IMG/VR virus record: IMGVR_UViG_3300032233_001802
Span: 1-60,839 of that record
Direction: 5' to 3' (one strand)
DNA length: 60,839 nucleotides
From: a virus
Taxonomy: Duplodnaviria; Caudoviricetes
Shown piece after piece: positions 16,389 through 27,700 of this stretch; the first letter of the stretch is position 1; each line of letters starts with the position of its first letter. The notes beneath the pieces are model-generated. The model made no database searches. It was not told the origin of the DNA and saw only the letters and a list, made by a program, of their open reading frames with translations. Made by a program: the position numbers and the translations under genes.

Positions 16389-17552
16389 ATGCCAGATTTA
16401 ACTCAACAACGCCAAGCTGAAGGTGTTATTACCAAAACTCAACCGACTGGTCCAAATACAGATCTTCTTGGTAATCCATTTAAATATGAAATTCATAGAT
16501 TCCCACCTAATGTTGGAATGAACAATCGACTACTTCACTGGATTAAATTTACTCCTTGCATACAACAAAAGTCCGACTATCAGGTAACAACAACAGGATT
16601 GTCTAGTGCTGACATCAATAGATCTGGAACTGCAGGAATCCAAGGAGCAAATGGCGGATTTACTGCTGCGCAAATTGCTGAAGCTGTTGGTGGTCTTGCG
16701 CTTTTAAGCACCGCTGGAGGCGCAGCAGATTATCTGGCTGCAGACACTCCTGGAGAAAAGGCAGAAGCAAAGGGTGATATTAAGAAAGGTCTTTTTGGTG
16801 CAGCTGCTTCTGGTCTTATAGTTTCTGCAATTAAACTTGGTCGTAAAACAAGAAGATCAGCCGCTTCTATTTGCTTGTATATGCCAGATACAATCAATCA
16901 ACAATTAGTTAGCGATTATGACCAAGTTAGTCTAACTCAAGCACTCGGAAAGGCTGGACTAACAGGTCAAGCTGGCGGGGCAATTGCCTCTGGGGTAGGA
17001 GAAGCATTAAAAAACGGTGATCTGAAATCTTTCGGTCTTGGTGGTGGAGGAACAGCTGCTGGTGGTTTGGCTGAAGTTGGCGGAATGATTGCGGAAAAAA
17101 CAGGAAACTTCGGTGCTGGAATCGCTGACGTCCTTATGTTTAGTGCTGGCATTGCACAAAACCCTCAAGTTGAATTGCTATTCAAGAGCATTCAAAACAG
17201 AGAATTTTTGTTTGACTATAAATTTGTACCTAGAAATAAGAAAGAAGCGAAAAGCATCATATCAATTATTCAAGAATTTAGATTCCATGCTGCTCCAGAA
17301 ATTCCAGAAGGAAGTTCTGGCAGATATTTTGTTCCTCCATCAGAATTTGATATTGAATTCATGCTTGGTGGAAGTAGAAATCCGAAATTACCAAAAATCT
17401 CGACCTGCGTTTTACAAGGTATTGATGTAAATTATGGAAGTGCAGGACAATGGACCGCATTCGAAGATGGTATGCCAGTAGAAATTAGTTTGCAGCTTCG
17501 ATTTAAGGAAGTTGAAATTATGCACAAGAAACTCATCAAGGATGGCTACTGA
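16389..17552 (+). CDS. gp48: baseplate tail-tube cap
   Basis: ICLYMPD, NPQVELLFK...REFLFDYKFVPRN, CVLQGIDVNY and DGMPV...FKE motifs. Confidence 0.9.
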   Translation: MPDLTQQRQAEGVITKTQPTGPNTDLLGNPFKYEIHRFPPNVGMNNRLLHWIKFTPCIQQKSDYQVTTTGLSSADINRSGTAGIQGANGGFTAAQIAEAVGGLALLSTAGGAADYLAADTPGEKAEAKGDIKKGLFGAAASGLIVSAIKLGRKTRRSAASICLYMPDTINQQLVSDYDQVSLTQALGKAGLTGQAGGAIASGVGEALKNGDLKSFGLGGGGTAAGGLAEVGGMIAEKTGNFGAGIADVLMFSAGIAQNPQVELLFKSIQNREFLFDYKFVPRNKKEAKSIISIIQEFRFHAAPEIPEGSSGRYFVPPSEFDIEFMLGGSRNPKLPKISTCVLQGIDVNYGSAGQWTAFEDGMPVEISLQLRFKEVEIMHKKLIKDGY

Positions 17553-18229
17553 TGAAATACTTCGAAAGTTTCCCTGCATTGCCTTATACTTTTGACAGTA
17601 GCAATAAAGTCAATGTTCAGTCAGTAACTAACATTTTTGCAAGATCTACCTTTCTTAAAGATATCCTTGACAATATTAATGTTTCATATGAATATGAAGT
17701 GGGAGAAGGTGATACTCCAGAAATCATAGCATTTAAAGCATATGGTGATCCTTATCGTAGCTGGATTATCTTGCTGTTTAATAATATAATCAATCCTTAC
17801 TATGATTGGCCAATGAAAAATGTTGTATTGGAAAATTATATTTTAAACAAGTATGGTCAAGATGTAGATGCAGCTCGTTCAACAATCCATCACTACGAGC
17901 AAAAAATTGATAAGGTGTCTTCATATCAGGGAACTATACTAAATTCCTCGACTGAAACATCTCATATCTCAGAATATGAATTGAACTTCTCAACAGGCGC
18001 ATTAACTCCTAGAACATTACCAGGAGTTGCAGATACATCACTCGTTGTTAGCACTGATATTACTGATTATGGTTCATATGTATTAACTGTAACAACGACA
18101 AACAAAGCAGTTTCGAATTATACATATGAGTTCGAAGAAAACGAAAAGCGCAGAAAAATTAGAATACTTGATAAGAAGTATATCCAGCGCGTTGAATCTG
18201 AATTTAGAGAGATTATGAGTAATGGCTGA
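17552..18229 (+). CDS. gp53: baseplate wedge subunit
   Basis: YFESFP...GDTPEIIA...YGD...WIILLFNNIINPYYDWP...YEFEENEKRRKI. Confidence 0.92.
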   Translation: MKYFESFPALPYTFDSSNKVNVQSVTNIFARSTFLKDILDNINVSYEYEVGEGDTPEIIAFKAYGDPYRSWIILLFNNIINPYYDWPMKNVVLENYILNKYGQDVDAARSTIHHYEQKIDKVSSYQGTILNSSTETSHISEYELNFSTGALTPRTLPGVADTSLVVSTDITDYGSYVLTVTTTNKAVSNYTYEFEENEKRRKIRILDKKYIQRVESEFREIMSNG

Positions 18230-19517
18230 TACTACTGGTATGTTTGGATCAAAAGATTATGATATACAATCTCTTGATCTAATTAATTCTGGCGGACAAA
18301 CACTCGACCTTAGAAAAATCTTCGTCGAAATGCAAATCTATCAGGATTTGTATTCTAGTGTTATGAATGGAACTATTCTTATCAATGATGGTAACGATGT
18401 TTTCGGAAACTTCTACCTTTGCGGCAATGAGTATCTAAAGGTTAAGATTGACAAGCCAGGATTGGGTCGCCCACTAGAAAGAATGTTTAGAATATACAAG
18501 GCGAGCGATAGAAATCCATCTACAGATTCTGGTCAATCCTATCTCTTGCATTTTTGCTCCGATGAGATGATATCCTCGCAGCAAATTCTTGTAAGTAAAT
18601 CATATAAGTCTACTAAAATTAAAGATGTCGTGAGTGATATCCTTGTGAACGAATTAAAGGTTGATGCAAAAAGAATTGCGTCCCTAGAAAACACTTCAGG
18701 TTCTTTTGATTTTATCATTCCCAACTATCGCCCATTTGAAGCGATTCAATGGTCTGCTGCTCGCGGTTATGATCAGAACAAATTTTGCTATTTCTTTTTT
18801 GAGAATAAGAATGGATTTAATCTAACCTCACTTCAAACACTTATTAGGCAAAAACCATATAAGACTCTAAAATACGAAATCAAGAATTCAGATAGAGATC
18901 CAGCGAACAATAAAGATTCTATCGATAATCTTACAATCCTCAATGACTTTGATATGCTTAACTCGATCACTAATGGCTCATTTTCATCTCGCCTGTTAAG
19001 TATCGATCTATTCAATCAGTCGTTTCTTTATCATAATTATGCAATAACTACTGCAGAAGGTGCGGGAAATCTTATTAACAAATTTAAACCAGTTAATAGT
19101 TTTAAAAACTCTAAAGATAAAACGTTGTTTGAATCACCAGACTCATTTTTCAGAACTAATCTAGCAATCAACGATACTGCATCAGAAAAGAGCAATGATA
19201 TCAAACACTGGTTATTGCCTCGTGCAATGCACATGAGTATAATCAATAATTTTAGAATTCAAGTTATAATCCCTGGTGACATTGAATTAAAGGCTGGAGA
19301 TATCGTAAATTATGAATTCCCAATGTTTGAGAGCGCAAATCAAGCTGGTAAAAAACTCGATAAAAAACGCACTGGGAAATATCTAGTCACATCTGTGAAT
19401 CATAAATTTTCTGAAGACGTCTTTGAAAGTATTGTCGAATTAGCGTCTGATTCATTCGCCGAGGCAATTCCAGGTGCCAAGGAAGGATTGAATCGTTTAT
19501 CTGCGAAGGGTAAGTAA
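18222..19517 (+). CDS. baseplate hub protein (gp27-like)
   Basis: Position between gp53 and gp5; FIIPNYRPF, FFFEN and GKYLVTSVNH motifs. Confidence 0.75.
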   Translation: MADTTGMFGSKDYDIQSLDLINSGGQTLDLRKIFVEMQIYQDLYSSVMNGTILINDGNDVFGNFYLCGNEYLKVKIDKPGLGRPLERMFRIYKASDRNPSTDSGQSYLLHFCSDEMISSQQILVSKSYKSTKIKDVVSDILVNELKVDAKRIASLENTSGSFDFIIPNYRPFEAIQWSAARGYDQNKFCYFFFENKNGFNLTSLQTLIRQKPYKTLKYEIKNSDRDPANNKDSIDNLTILNDFDMLNSITNGSFSSRLLSIDLFNQSFLYHNYAITTAEGAGNLINKFKPVNSFKNSKDKTLFESPDSFFRTNLAINDTASEKSNDIKHWLLPRAMHMSIINNFRIQVIIPGDIELKAGDIVNYEFPMFESANQAGKKLDKKRTGKYLVTSVNHKFSEDVFESIVELASDSFAEAIPGAKEGLNRLSAKGK

Positions 19518-21100
19518 TGCCAGGAGCAAAGAAAAATTTTATTGGACTCGAGGGGTTCATCTGGTGGGTTGGAGTCGTCGAAGACCGCAACGATCCAGAG
19601 CAGCTTGGTCGTGTGCGAGTTCGTTGCTTTGGTTGGCATACCGAAGATAAAGTGAAAATTCCAACAGATTCACTTCCTTGGGCACATCCAGTTATTCCGA
19701 TTAATAACCCAAATATGTACACACCTAAAGAGGGTGACATGGTTTTCGGATTCTTTATCGATGGTGATAACGCTCAGAATCCAGCAATCATGGGTGTGTT
19801 TCCTGGAAAGCCAGAAAAGAAACCAAACTATCAAAATGGATTCTCTGATCCAGCAAAAAATCTTTCTGGTCGACCAAAGAAACCAGATGATGCTTCTGAG
19901 GCATACCCAAAAGGTAAGTATCTAAAAGAATCAACGACAAACAGATTATCTCGCGGCAAGTCCGATGGGACTGTCATTGCAACTAGAACGAAGAATTTAA
20001 AGAAAAGCATCACCTCAGCTGGTGGTGTTACTTGGTCTGAGCCAAGCCCTGCATTCAAACCGACTTATCCATACAATAATGCTCTTGAGACTGAATCTGG
20101 ACATGCACTAGAATTCGATGATTCTCCTGGTCAAGAGCGTGTGCATCTCGCACACCGAAAAGGTTCATTCATTGAGATTGATAAAGACGGTAATCGTGTT
20201 GAGAAGGTTGTGAAAGATAATTACGAACTTGTAATGGGTTCGGATTATGTTTACATCAGCGGTAAGTGCTCAGTTACAGTCGGCGGTGATTGCAATCTCA
20301 AGGTCGGCGGGAATATGAATATCGAAGTCGCTGGCGGAATTAATATGGCTGCAGGCGGCGATATTCGTATGAAGGGTAAGAAAGTCATGATCGAGTCTTC
20401 ATCAGACTTTGACGCAAAGATCGGTGGTGCTGGTAAGATTACCTCGAAGAATAAACTCAATCTCAAAGGTGCAACTGCTGCTCTTCAGGGTGCAACAATT
20501 GATCTACCAGCGGCTCAGATTAATATGCAATCTGGTTCTTCGGAGTCTGCCTCTGGTACAGGATTAACTGGCGGAGGGTCTGCACCTTCTGCTGATGAGG
20601 CGAATACTGCTGCCACGGAAACTGCTAACACGGCTGCTAATACAGATAAAACAGCTGCAACAACTAGCGCAAATGTAGTAACGCCAAGCGCAGTAACAAC
20701 TGGATCATCACTAGGTAAGGCTGTTGCTGGTGGGACTTCTACAGTTAGTAACGTGTTCTCTAGATTATCTGCGGCTGCTGACGGTGTTATACAAAACCTA
20801 TTAAGCAACCTTCCAATCGGTGAGTTGACCAACAAGGTTCAAAACTTTGAGAGTGATGTGAATAGTAATAGAGGATCTATTTTGAGCCTCAAGACGGATC
20901 TTAAGAATACTCTATTCGCTAAAATAGACGCTGTGGCTCTGGGTGCATCTGCTAAGAATATTCCGTTCACCGTTGACTCGGAGATTCAAAGCGCCATCAC
21001 TAAAGTGGTAAACCCAGTTGCCCAGTATACGACTCAACTTGGTAAACACATTTATGCTAAAACAGAATCTGTGTTAATTCCATCTGCAAACTCGGCGTAA
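19517..21100 (+). CDS. gp5: baseplate central spike (OB fold plus beta-helix, no lysozyme domain)
   Basis: WWVGVVEDRNDPEQLGRVRVRCFGWH, LPWA, VFGFFIDG and YPYN...TESGH motifs. Confidence 0.92.
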   Translation: MPGAKKNFIGLEGFIWWVGVVEDRNDPEQLGRVRVRCFGWHTEDKVKIPTDSLPWAHPVIPINNPNMYTPKEGDMVFGFFIDGDNAQNPAIMGVFPGKPEKKPNYQNGFSDPAKNLSGRPKKPDDASEAYPKGKYLKESTTNRLSRGKSDGTVIATRTKNLKKSITSAGGVTWSEPSPAFKPTYPYNNALETESGHALEFDDSPGQERVHLAHRKGSFIEIDKDGNRVEKVVKDNYELVMGSDYVYISGKCSVTVGGDCNLKVGGNMNIEVAGGINMAAGGDIRMKGKKVMIESSSDFDAKIGGAGKITSKNKLNLKGATAALQGATIDLPAAQINMQSGSSESASGTGLTGGGSAPSADEANTAATETANTAANTDKTAATTSANVVTPSAVTTGSSLGKAVAGGTSTVSNVFSRLSAAADGVIQNLLSNLPIGELTNKVQNFESDVNSNRGSILSLKTDLKNTLFAKIDAVALGASAKNIPFTVDSEIQSAITKVVNPVAQYTTQLGKHIYAKTESVLIPSANSA

Positions 21101-21103
21101 TCC

Positions 21104-22267
21104 ATGACCACTTTTGCAATTCCATGTAATGCATCTTTAATGCCTACAAAGGCAGAGTTAGTCACCATCTTCAAACAGCTGGCTAATATCCCTTCTTTGC
21201 TTACAGTTGAGGTAGAAAAATTAAGAAGAGAGGCTGAGTTCGCTATTTCAGAGGAAATCCGTAGACAGATACTTGCTAAAATTGCTCCACTTGAGGCTCA
21301 GATTGAAAAAGTTCTAGGAATAATAGAGCAAATTAAGGGAATTCTTGGCGGATTTCCAATTTTCCCTAGCCTGAGCATCCCAGATATTGAGTGGGAAAAA
21401 CGAATCACGGAACTGATCCAAAACTTCCATGGCTATGTTATGGCGAAGATTATTGATCTAATTAACGCCATTCTGCCAATCAATTTTGTTATTAATATTC
21501 TTGGGCTGAGTATCGATATCGTGAGAGTTTTTACAGACCCAGACTATAGATCGCAGCTAGTGGCGCAGGTTGTTTCTGAGATTTCTTCATTATTTGCGCT
21601 TCTGCCAGACATCTATCAGGTTTATGAAGGTATTAAGTATGGAGTCTACTCTCTAGAGATGCAGGCTCGTGCAGTCTGGTCTTATATTATGGGACAGCTT
21701 CAAAACGGTGCGGTGACTCTAATTTACAATGCACTCGCTGGATTAATTAAAAAATTCAAGACAATCTGGGATGCCTTACATCTACCAGCATTGATTGATT
21801 TACTCACCCTAGATGTTCCAGGAATTATCCAGGGTTTAATCGGCGATCTCATTGAAAAGATTAAAAATGCTCCAGAAGCCCTCAAGAACGCGATCCGTAG
21901 AGAGATAATTGACAAACTAAAATCGATCAGCCTCGCTGGGTTTAATCTATTACAGATTATCGGGGGAGAAATTTCTAGTTTTGTTGATAGCATCGAGACT
22001 CAGATAGAAAGGTTCATGGAGGCTCTTCGAGATTTTGGTGAGCAGTGGCCAATGTATCTAATCAAACTGTGGATGAATAAAATTACTGCCTTCTTAAATG
22101 CTATTGGTCTTGGAGCACTGCTAGAATGGATTACTTTCGACTTCTGCAAATTTCTGAAGCTGATCGGAATGCCAACTTCTATTTCTGTAGATGTCGATAT
22201 TGCTCTTGATTTTAGTACACCAATTCCCTCAGTCGGTGTAGAAACTTACTACGCAGAAGAAACCTAA
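21104..22267 (+). CDS. hydrophobic alpha-helical protein of unknown function
   Basis: 387-aa Ile/Leu-rich ORF between gp5 and gp25. Confidence 0.75.
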   Translation: MTTFAIPCNASLMPTKAELVTIFKQLANIPSLLTVEVEKLRREAEFAISEEIRRQILAKIAPLEAQIEKVLGIIEQIKGILGGFPIFPSLSIPDIEWEKRITELIQNFHGYVMAKIIDLINAILPINFVINILGLSIDIVRVFTDPDYRSQLVAQVVSEISSLFALLPDIYQVYEGIKYGVYSLEMQARAVWSYIMGQLQNGAVTLIYNALAGLIKKFKTIWDALHLPALIDLLTLDVPGIIQGLIGDLIEKIKNAPEALKNAIRREIIDKLKSISLAGFNLLQIIGGEISSFVDSIETQIERFMEALRDFGEQWPMYLIKLWMNKITAFLNAIGLGALLEWITFDFCKFLKLIGMPTSISVDVDIALDFSTPIPSVGVETYYAEET

Positions 22268-22293
22268 ATATTTCTAAAACCACGGTACGATAA

Positions 22294-22686
22294 ATGAGCC
22301 TGATCGCAACAAAATTTTCAGATTTTAACCTCGATTTCACAGCTCACCCTGTGACTAAAGACGTTACAAAGAAGCTGAACGAGAACGCGATCGCCCAATC
22401 TATTCGTAACCTTCTTCTAACGAATTTCTACGAGAGACCATTTAAACCTCAGCTGGGTTCTAATCTAAAGAAATTTCTTTTCGAGCCAATTGATAACGTC
22501 ACAACGTCATTGATCCAAGACGCTATTTTCGAAACATTAAGAAATTATGAGCCTAGAGTAACAGTGCAAGAGGTTGTGGCAGCACCTAATTATGACGAAC
22601 AAAGATATGACGTAAGTGTCACATTTTTTGTTAAAAATTCTGCGGAATCACTAACAATTAACTTCTTCTTAGAACGAGTAAGATAA
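22294..22686 (+). CDS. gp25: baseplate wedge subunit
   Basis: AIAQSIRNLLLTNFYERPFKP...LFE...NYEPRV...LERVR. Confidence 0.95.
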   Translation: MSLIATKFSDFNLDFTAHPVTKDVTKKLNENAIAQSIRNLLLTNFYERPFKPQLGSNLKKFLFEPIDNVTTSLIQDAIFETLRNYEPRVTVQEVVAAPNYDEQRYDVSVTFFVKNSAESLTINFFLERVR

Positions 22687-22687
22687 C

Positions 22688-24754
22688 ATGGCCAATGTTG
22701 ACGCAAAACTAAAGGTTGCTGAATTAGACTTTGATGCGATTAAGGAAAACCTGAAGGCATTCCTAAAGTCTCAGTCTGAATTCAACGACTATAATTTCGA
22801 GGGATCTGGTATGTCAGTTCTTCTCGATCTTCTTGCATATAATACTCATTACATGGGGTATTACCTGAACATGGTGTCGAATGAAATGTTCATCGATACA
22901 GCAATTACTCGTGGTTCAGTTGTTTCTCATGCCAAACTTTTAGGATATACTCCAAACTCTCGCGTCGCTCCACAAGCGCGCATCAACATGGTGTTAACTC
23001 CAGTTGCTAATGATTCTAACAGTTCTATAGCAATCCCTCGTTTTACGAGATTTACATCAGAAACAAAAGACGGAGTTAATTATATTTTTGTAAATCCGTC
23101 AACTTATGTTTCAACAAAAAATGCTTCCTCTGGTTTATTTGAAGTAAATAATCTTGCGATTAAAGAAGGTCGTGCAGTTTCTATCAGCTTCACATATGAT
23201 GAGCAGACAAACACTAAACAGGTATTTGAATTACCAGATTTTGGAATTGATACTTCTACTATTCAAGTTTATGCTCAAACCTCTGCGCAAAACGCTAACA
23301 GAGAAACATTCACGCTATCTCAAGACGCGACTAATGTAGACAGTCAAGCGACGGTCTATTATCTTGAAGAAAACAAGAACGGAAAGTATCACATTTACTT
23401 TGGCGATGGTGTCATCGGTAAGAAACTCACCAACGGAAATATTGTAATTGTTTCTTATGTTGTAACTAATGGAACGGCGGCAAACGGACTGACAACATTC
23501 AAATTGTTGGATAATGTTCTTCCTGGTGCCAACGTTGCTGTCACTCTCGTCAGCGAATCAACTTCTGGTGCGATGGAAGAAACAATCGATCAGATTCGTT
23601 TCACTGCTCCGAAGGCATATATCGCTCAAAACCGCGCTGTGACAAAGAATGATTACATTGCCCTAATCAATCGCGACTACCCATACTTTGAGGCAGTAAA
23701 TGTCTGGGGTGGAGAAGAAAACGATCCTCCTGTCTATGGAAAGGTATTCTTTACAGTCAAGCCACTCAGCGGCAGTGAAATTACAGTCTCAGAAATCGAG
23801 TATGTTAAAAATACCATTATTAGACCATTCAGTGTACTGACAGTCGAACCAGAATATGTGGAAGCCGACTACAATTATCTAATCGTTAAGGCGATTGTAA
23901 ACTTTGATCCAACCAAGACTAATAAGACAGCTTCTGAAATAAATGCCACTGTTCTTTCAACTATTGGTTCTTTTGCTTCTGCTTATTTGAATACATTTAA
24001 TAATACGTTTAAAGTCTCAAGACTATCTCGTGCAATCGATGACTCTGATCCATCAATTACTAATACTGATGTTGATGTTTCGATTGAAAAGCGTTTTACT
24101 GTTGACATTACTAAATCGCAGAACTATACGCTAAACTTTGACACTGCATTGAAGCAAGGTACAACGACGCAGAGAATCTATTCTTCGCCTTCGTTTGGCT
24201 ATTATGATGCATCTGGAACTGTTCGTAATTGCTTCATTGAAGAAGTTCTACAGTCATTCACAGGCTTAGAAACAATAGACGTTAAAACCCCAGGATATGG
24301 ATATACAACTACTCCGAAGGTTACTATCGATGGTGACGGAACTGGTGCGACAGCAAGAGCACTAATCGTAAACGGTTCTATTGCTAAAATTGAAGTTACA
24401 TCTACTGGAAGTGGATACACTTCTGCAGTAGCCACAATCAGTGGTGGCGGTGGAACTGGAGCAACTTTGACAGTTAATCTGCAGGGTAGAAGTGGTGCAA
24501 TAAGAATTTACTATTTTGACGAAAACAGCATCAAGAAAACAATTACTGATACAGCTGGAACTGTTGACTATGAGAATGGTATTGTGACTTTAACTAACTT
24601 TAGCCCAGTTTCTATCGCTGATCCGTTTGGAACTATGACCATCAGAGCAATTCCGTTAAATAAGGTATTCAGTTCCCAAAGAAATAGAATTCTAACACTA
24701 GACACAACGGATCCAGGCGCAATCTCAACAGTAATTAATGCTGTAATCGAATAA
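22688..24754 (+). CDS. gp6: baseplate wedge subunit
   Basis: ELDFDAIKENL...DYNFEGS...LAYNTHY; QNRAVTKNDY; WGGEENDPPVYGKV. Confidence 0.95.
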   Translation: MANVDAKLKVAELDFDAIKENLKAFLKSQSEFNDYNFEGSGMSVLLDLLAYNTHYMGYYLNMVSNEMFIDTAITRGSVVSHAKLLGYTPNSRVAPQARINMVLTPVANDSNSSIAIPRFTRFTSETKDGVNYIFVNPSTYVSTKNASSGLFEVNNLAIKEGRAVSISFTYDEQTNTKQVFELPDFGIDTSTIQVYAQTSAQNANRETFTLSQDATNVDSQATVYYLEENKNGKYHIYFGDGVIGKKLTNGNIVIVSYVVTNGTAANGLTTFKLLDNVLPGANVAVTLVSESTSGAMEETIDQIRFTAPKAYIAQNRAVTKNDYIALINRDYPYFEAVNVWGGEENDPPVYGKVFFTVKPLSGSEITVSEIEYVKNTIIRPFSVLTVEPEYVEADYNYLIVKAIVNFDPTKTNKTASEINATVLSTIGSFASAYLNTFNNTFKVSRLSRAIDDSDPSITNTDVDVSIEKRFTVDITKSQNYTLNFDTALKQGTTTQRIYSSPSFGYYDASGTVRNCFIEEVLQSFTGLETIDVKTPGYGYTTTPKVTIDGDGTGATARALIVNGSIAKIEVTSTGSGYTSAVATISGGGGTGATLTVNLQGRSGAIRIYYFDENSIKKTITDTAGTVDYENGIVTLTNFSPVSIADPFGTMTIRAIPLNKVFSSQRNRILTLDTTDPGAISTVINAVIE

Positions 24755-24755
24755 T

Positions 24756-27700
24756 ATGGCTGCAACAGAAAAAACAATATCGGGGTTGATCTCGTCGGAA
24801 TTACCCGACTTTATTAATGCAGATCACCCACAATTCAAGCGATTTGTTGAATTATATTACAAGTGGCTAGAACAAAATAGTCCAAGTGGTATTTCAAACA
24901 CGGCTGGTAATACTGTTTATCAAGCGATGAACATTGGTGATTATCGAGACATCGATCAAAGCCCAGATGAATTTATCACCTATTTTAAGCAAGAACTTCT
25001 TCCATACTTCCCAGAAAAAACTGCACTTGATCTGCGCAAGATTCTAAAGAGTGCGCGAGAGTTTTATTCTAAGAAAGGTAGTGAAGAATCTCTGAAGTGG
25101 TTATTCAAGGTTTTATTTAATGAAAACATTGAAATCAATTATCCAAAAGATCAGATTTTAAAAACCTCTGATGGTAAGTGGAAAAAACCAAAAGCATTCA
25201 GAATTACTGTCGGTGAAACAAATAAACATGTGGACGTAAATCTATTAGAGAAAAAATTGGTTGTTGGTACTGAGTCTGGTGCCACTTGTGTTATTGAGTC
25301 GGCTAATAGAACTCTTGACACTGATACTGGTAAAGAGATTATTGAAATCTATATCTCGAATATTAAGAGATATTTCAATAATGGTGAATATATTCAGGTT
25401 AATTATACTGACGCTGATGGAGTTGACAGAGTATTCTCTGAAAAGATCGTCGGTACTATTTCTAACATCTATATTGATTCAAATATTAAAACAGATCCAC
25501 AGCAAAAGAAACGCGGGTTGTTATACAATGTCGGAGATCCAGTAGTTATTACTGGCGGCTTGGATACAACAGCTGAAGCACAACCAGGTGTAGCAATTGT
25601 CGGTAACGTGACAACGGGTTCTATTGAAGCTGTTACAACAATTTTTTATGGTTATGGATATAACATATTTCCTAATACAGAAGTTGTTGTTCTTCGTTCT
25701 TCTGGCGATGATCCAAATGCGAATGCAAACACAGACCTTCGCGTTCTTTCGATTAATATCGCCTCAAATCCATCTAATAGTCAAGCCAATTTTCTTGAAC
25801 AAATAACAGTCGATAAAAGCGTTATTGATTATCTCGGTGATACAGTAATCGGTAATGCCAATTTATCTGCATTCACAACAAGCAATTATAATGCTGTGTT
25901 GAATGTGACAGAAATTGATAAGAGTGATAAGTATAATAACTATGAGCAAGTTTGGGCGAATGGTACAAACTATTTTGATGCGCTTTTCACAGCCAAAATA
26001 GCAACTCCAAACAATACGATCTTCGGATTAAATGGTCCAAGCAATAACACTGGATCATTATTACTTTACGATATTGCCAATACTGGACCATTAACGACTA
26101 TTCTTGCTGGTGTTACTGGAAGAATTAAGACGAAAAATACTGCCAAGTCTTTCGGATTTAATTCGGTTACAACCTATCCAGTTCCTGCAAACGCCAATTC
26201 AATGATCGCGCAGTGTTTGAAATTTGCTACATTGAATACTGGTGGCATTCAATTAATTAGCGTATATGACGGCGGCGCAGGATTTAGATCTTCACCTCAA
26301 CTATTGACTAAATCACAATATAATACCATTCTTTCTGAGAATTATAGTTATGGAACCAATAATAGAACGGATACTATTCAGACGTTTAAAGACCTTGGAC
26401 TAATTGCTCACGTCTATATTAACAATGGCGGAACTGGTTATGCGAACGGGGATACTATTACTTTCTCTGGTCGTGGATATGGCGGCAATGCAAACGTTGT
26501 TGTTGGTGCTGGCGGTACAATTAAGTCTATCAATATTATTGATCGCGGCGAAGGATATCTAACTCGTCCATCATATACAATTAACACTTCTGGCGGAACT
26601 GGTGCAGCCCTGACACCTTATCTGTTTGGCGATGGATTCGAATACGCAGTGCAGACTAGCGCAATTGGCAGAATCAAAGATATTAAACTTGTTTATCGTG
26701 GATATGACTATGTTGCAACACCGAATGTTTCTCTGAAGGTTGTTGATACTGTAATTAATCCTATCGCTGAAGTTGACAAATTCTTCGAAGAGGAATATGT
26801 GTATCAGGGCGCGAGCCTCTCAACTTCGACGTTTAGAGCAAATGTGGGTTCATACGACAGAACAACAAATCTACTCCGACTTTACAATTACTCTGGAACA
26901 TTAGATACTACAGTAGATCTAATTTCTGCAAATGGATTATATTGCAATGTGAACACTTCTGTCAACGTTGCTGCTCCAACCCAATACCCAGGATATGCAA
27001 TTGCTTCTGGATTACCTAATCCAATGTTTTATGGTGATGGCAGAGCAAAGGCATATGCAACATTTGCTAATGGTCTAATTGAATTCAACGGGTTCTATCT
27101 GAATAGTGACGGATTTGTCAGCGCAGATAAGGTTCTTCAAGACGGTCACATCTATCATAACTTCTCATATGTTATCCAGTCAAATAAAGATCTGGCTGAT
27201 TACAAGTCTTCATTGAAGAATATTGCACACCCGTCGGGTCTAATTCCGATCTCTAAGAGAATTATCAGCACAGAGTTTAATACAGGAACGATAGACATTC
27301 CATATGTCCACCTAATTAAACCGCCAAATCCAGCATCGAATGTTCAAATCGCTAACTCATATTCTAATGTCGTGACTGGAAATGGAACAGCTTTCTTGGT
27401 TGCCTCACACAAAGTTAATGTGGGAGATCTATTCATTATCTCAGATTCTGGTAATTCATTGAGATCAATATCAAAAATCATTTCGAATGTTGATTCGAAT
27501 ACACAGTTGAAAGTCTATGGTGACTTCCTCTATGTTGGTCAAGGTAAAGCTGCAACCAATTCTGGTAATAACTGGCTTGCGATCTCTGGTTCCACAAATG
27601 CACTTTCTGACTTTATCCAAAACGGCGATCAGATTCGAATGAACCTTGTTTCTGTAACTGTAACAGGAACTGTGAACGTTTCTGGAACCGTTGTGACTGG

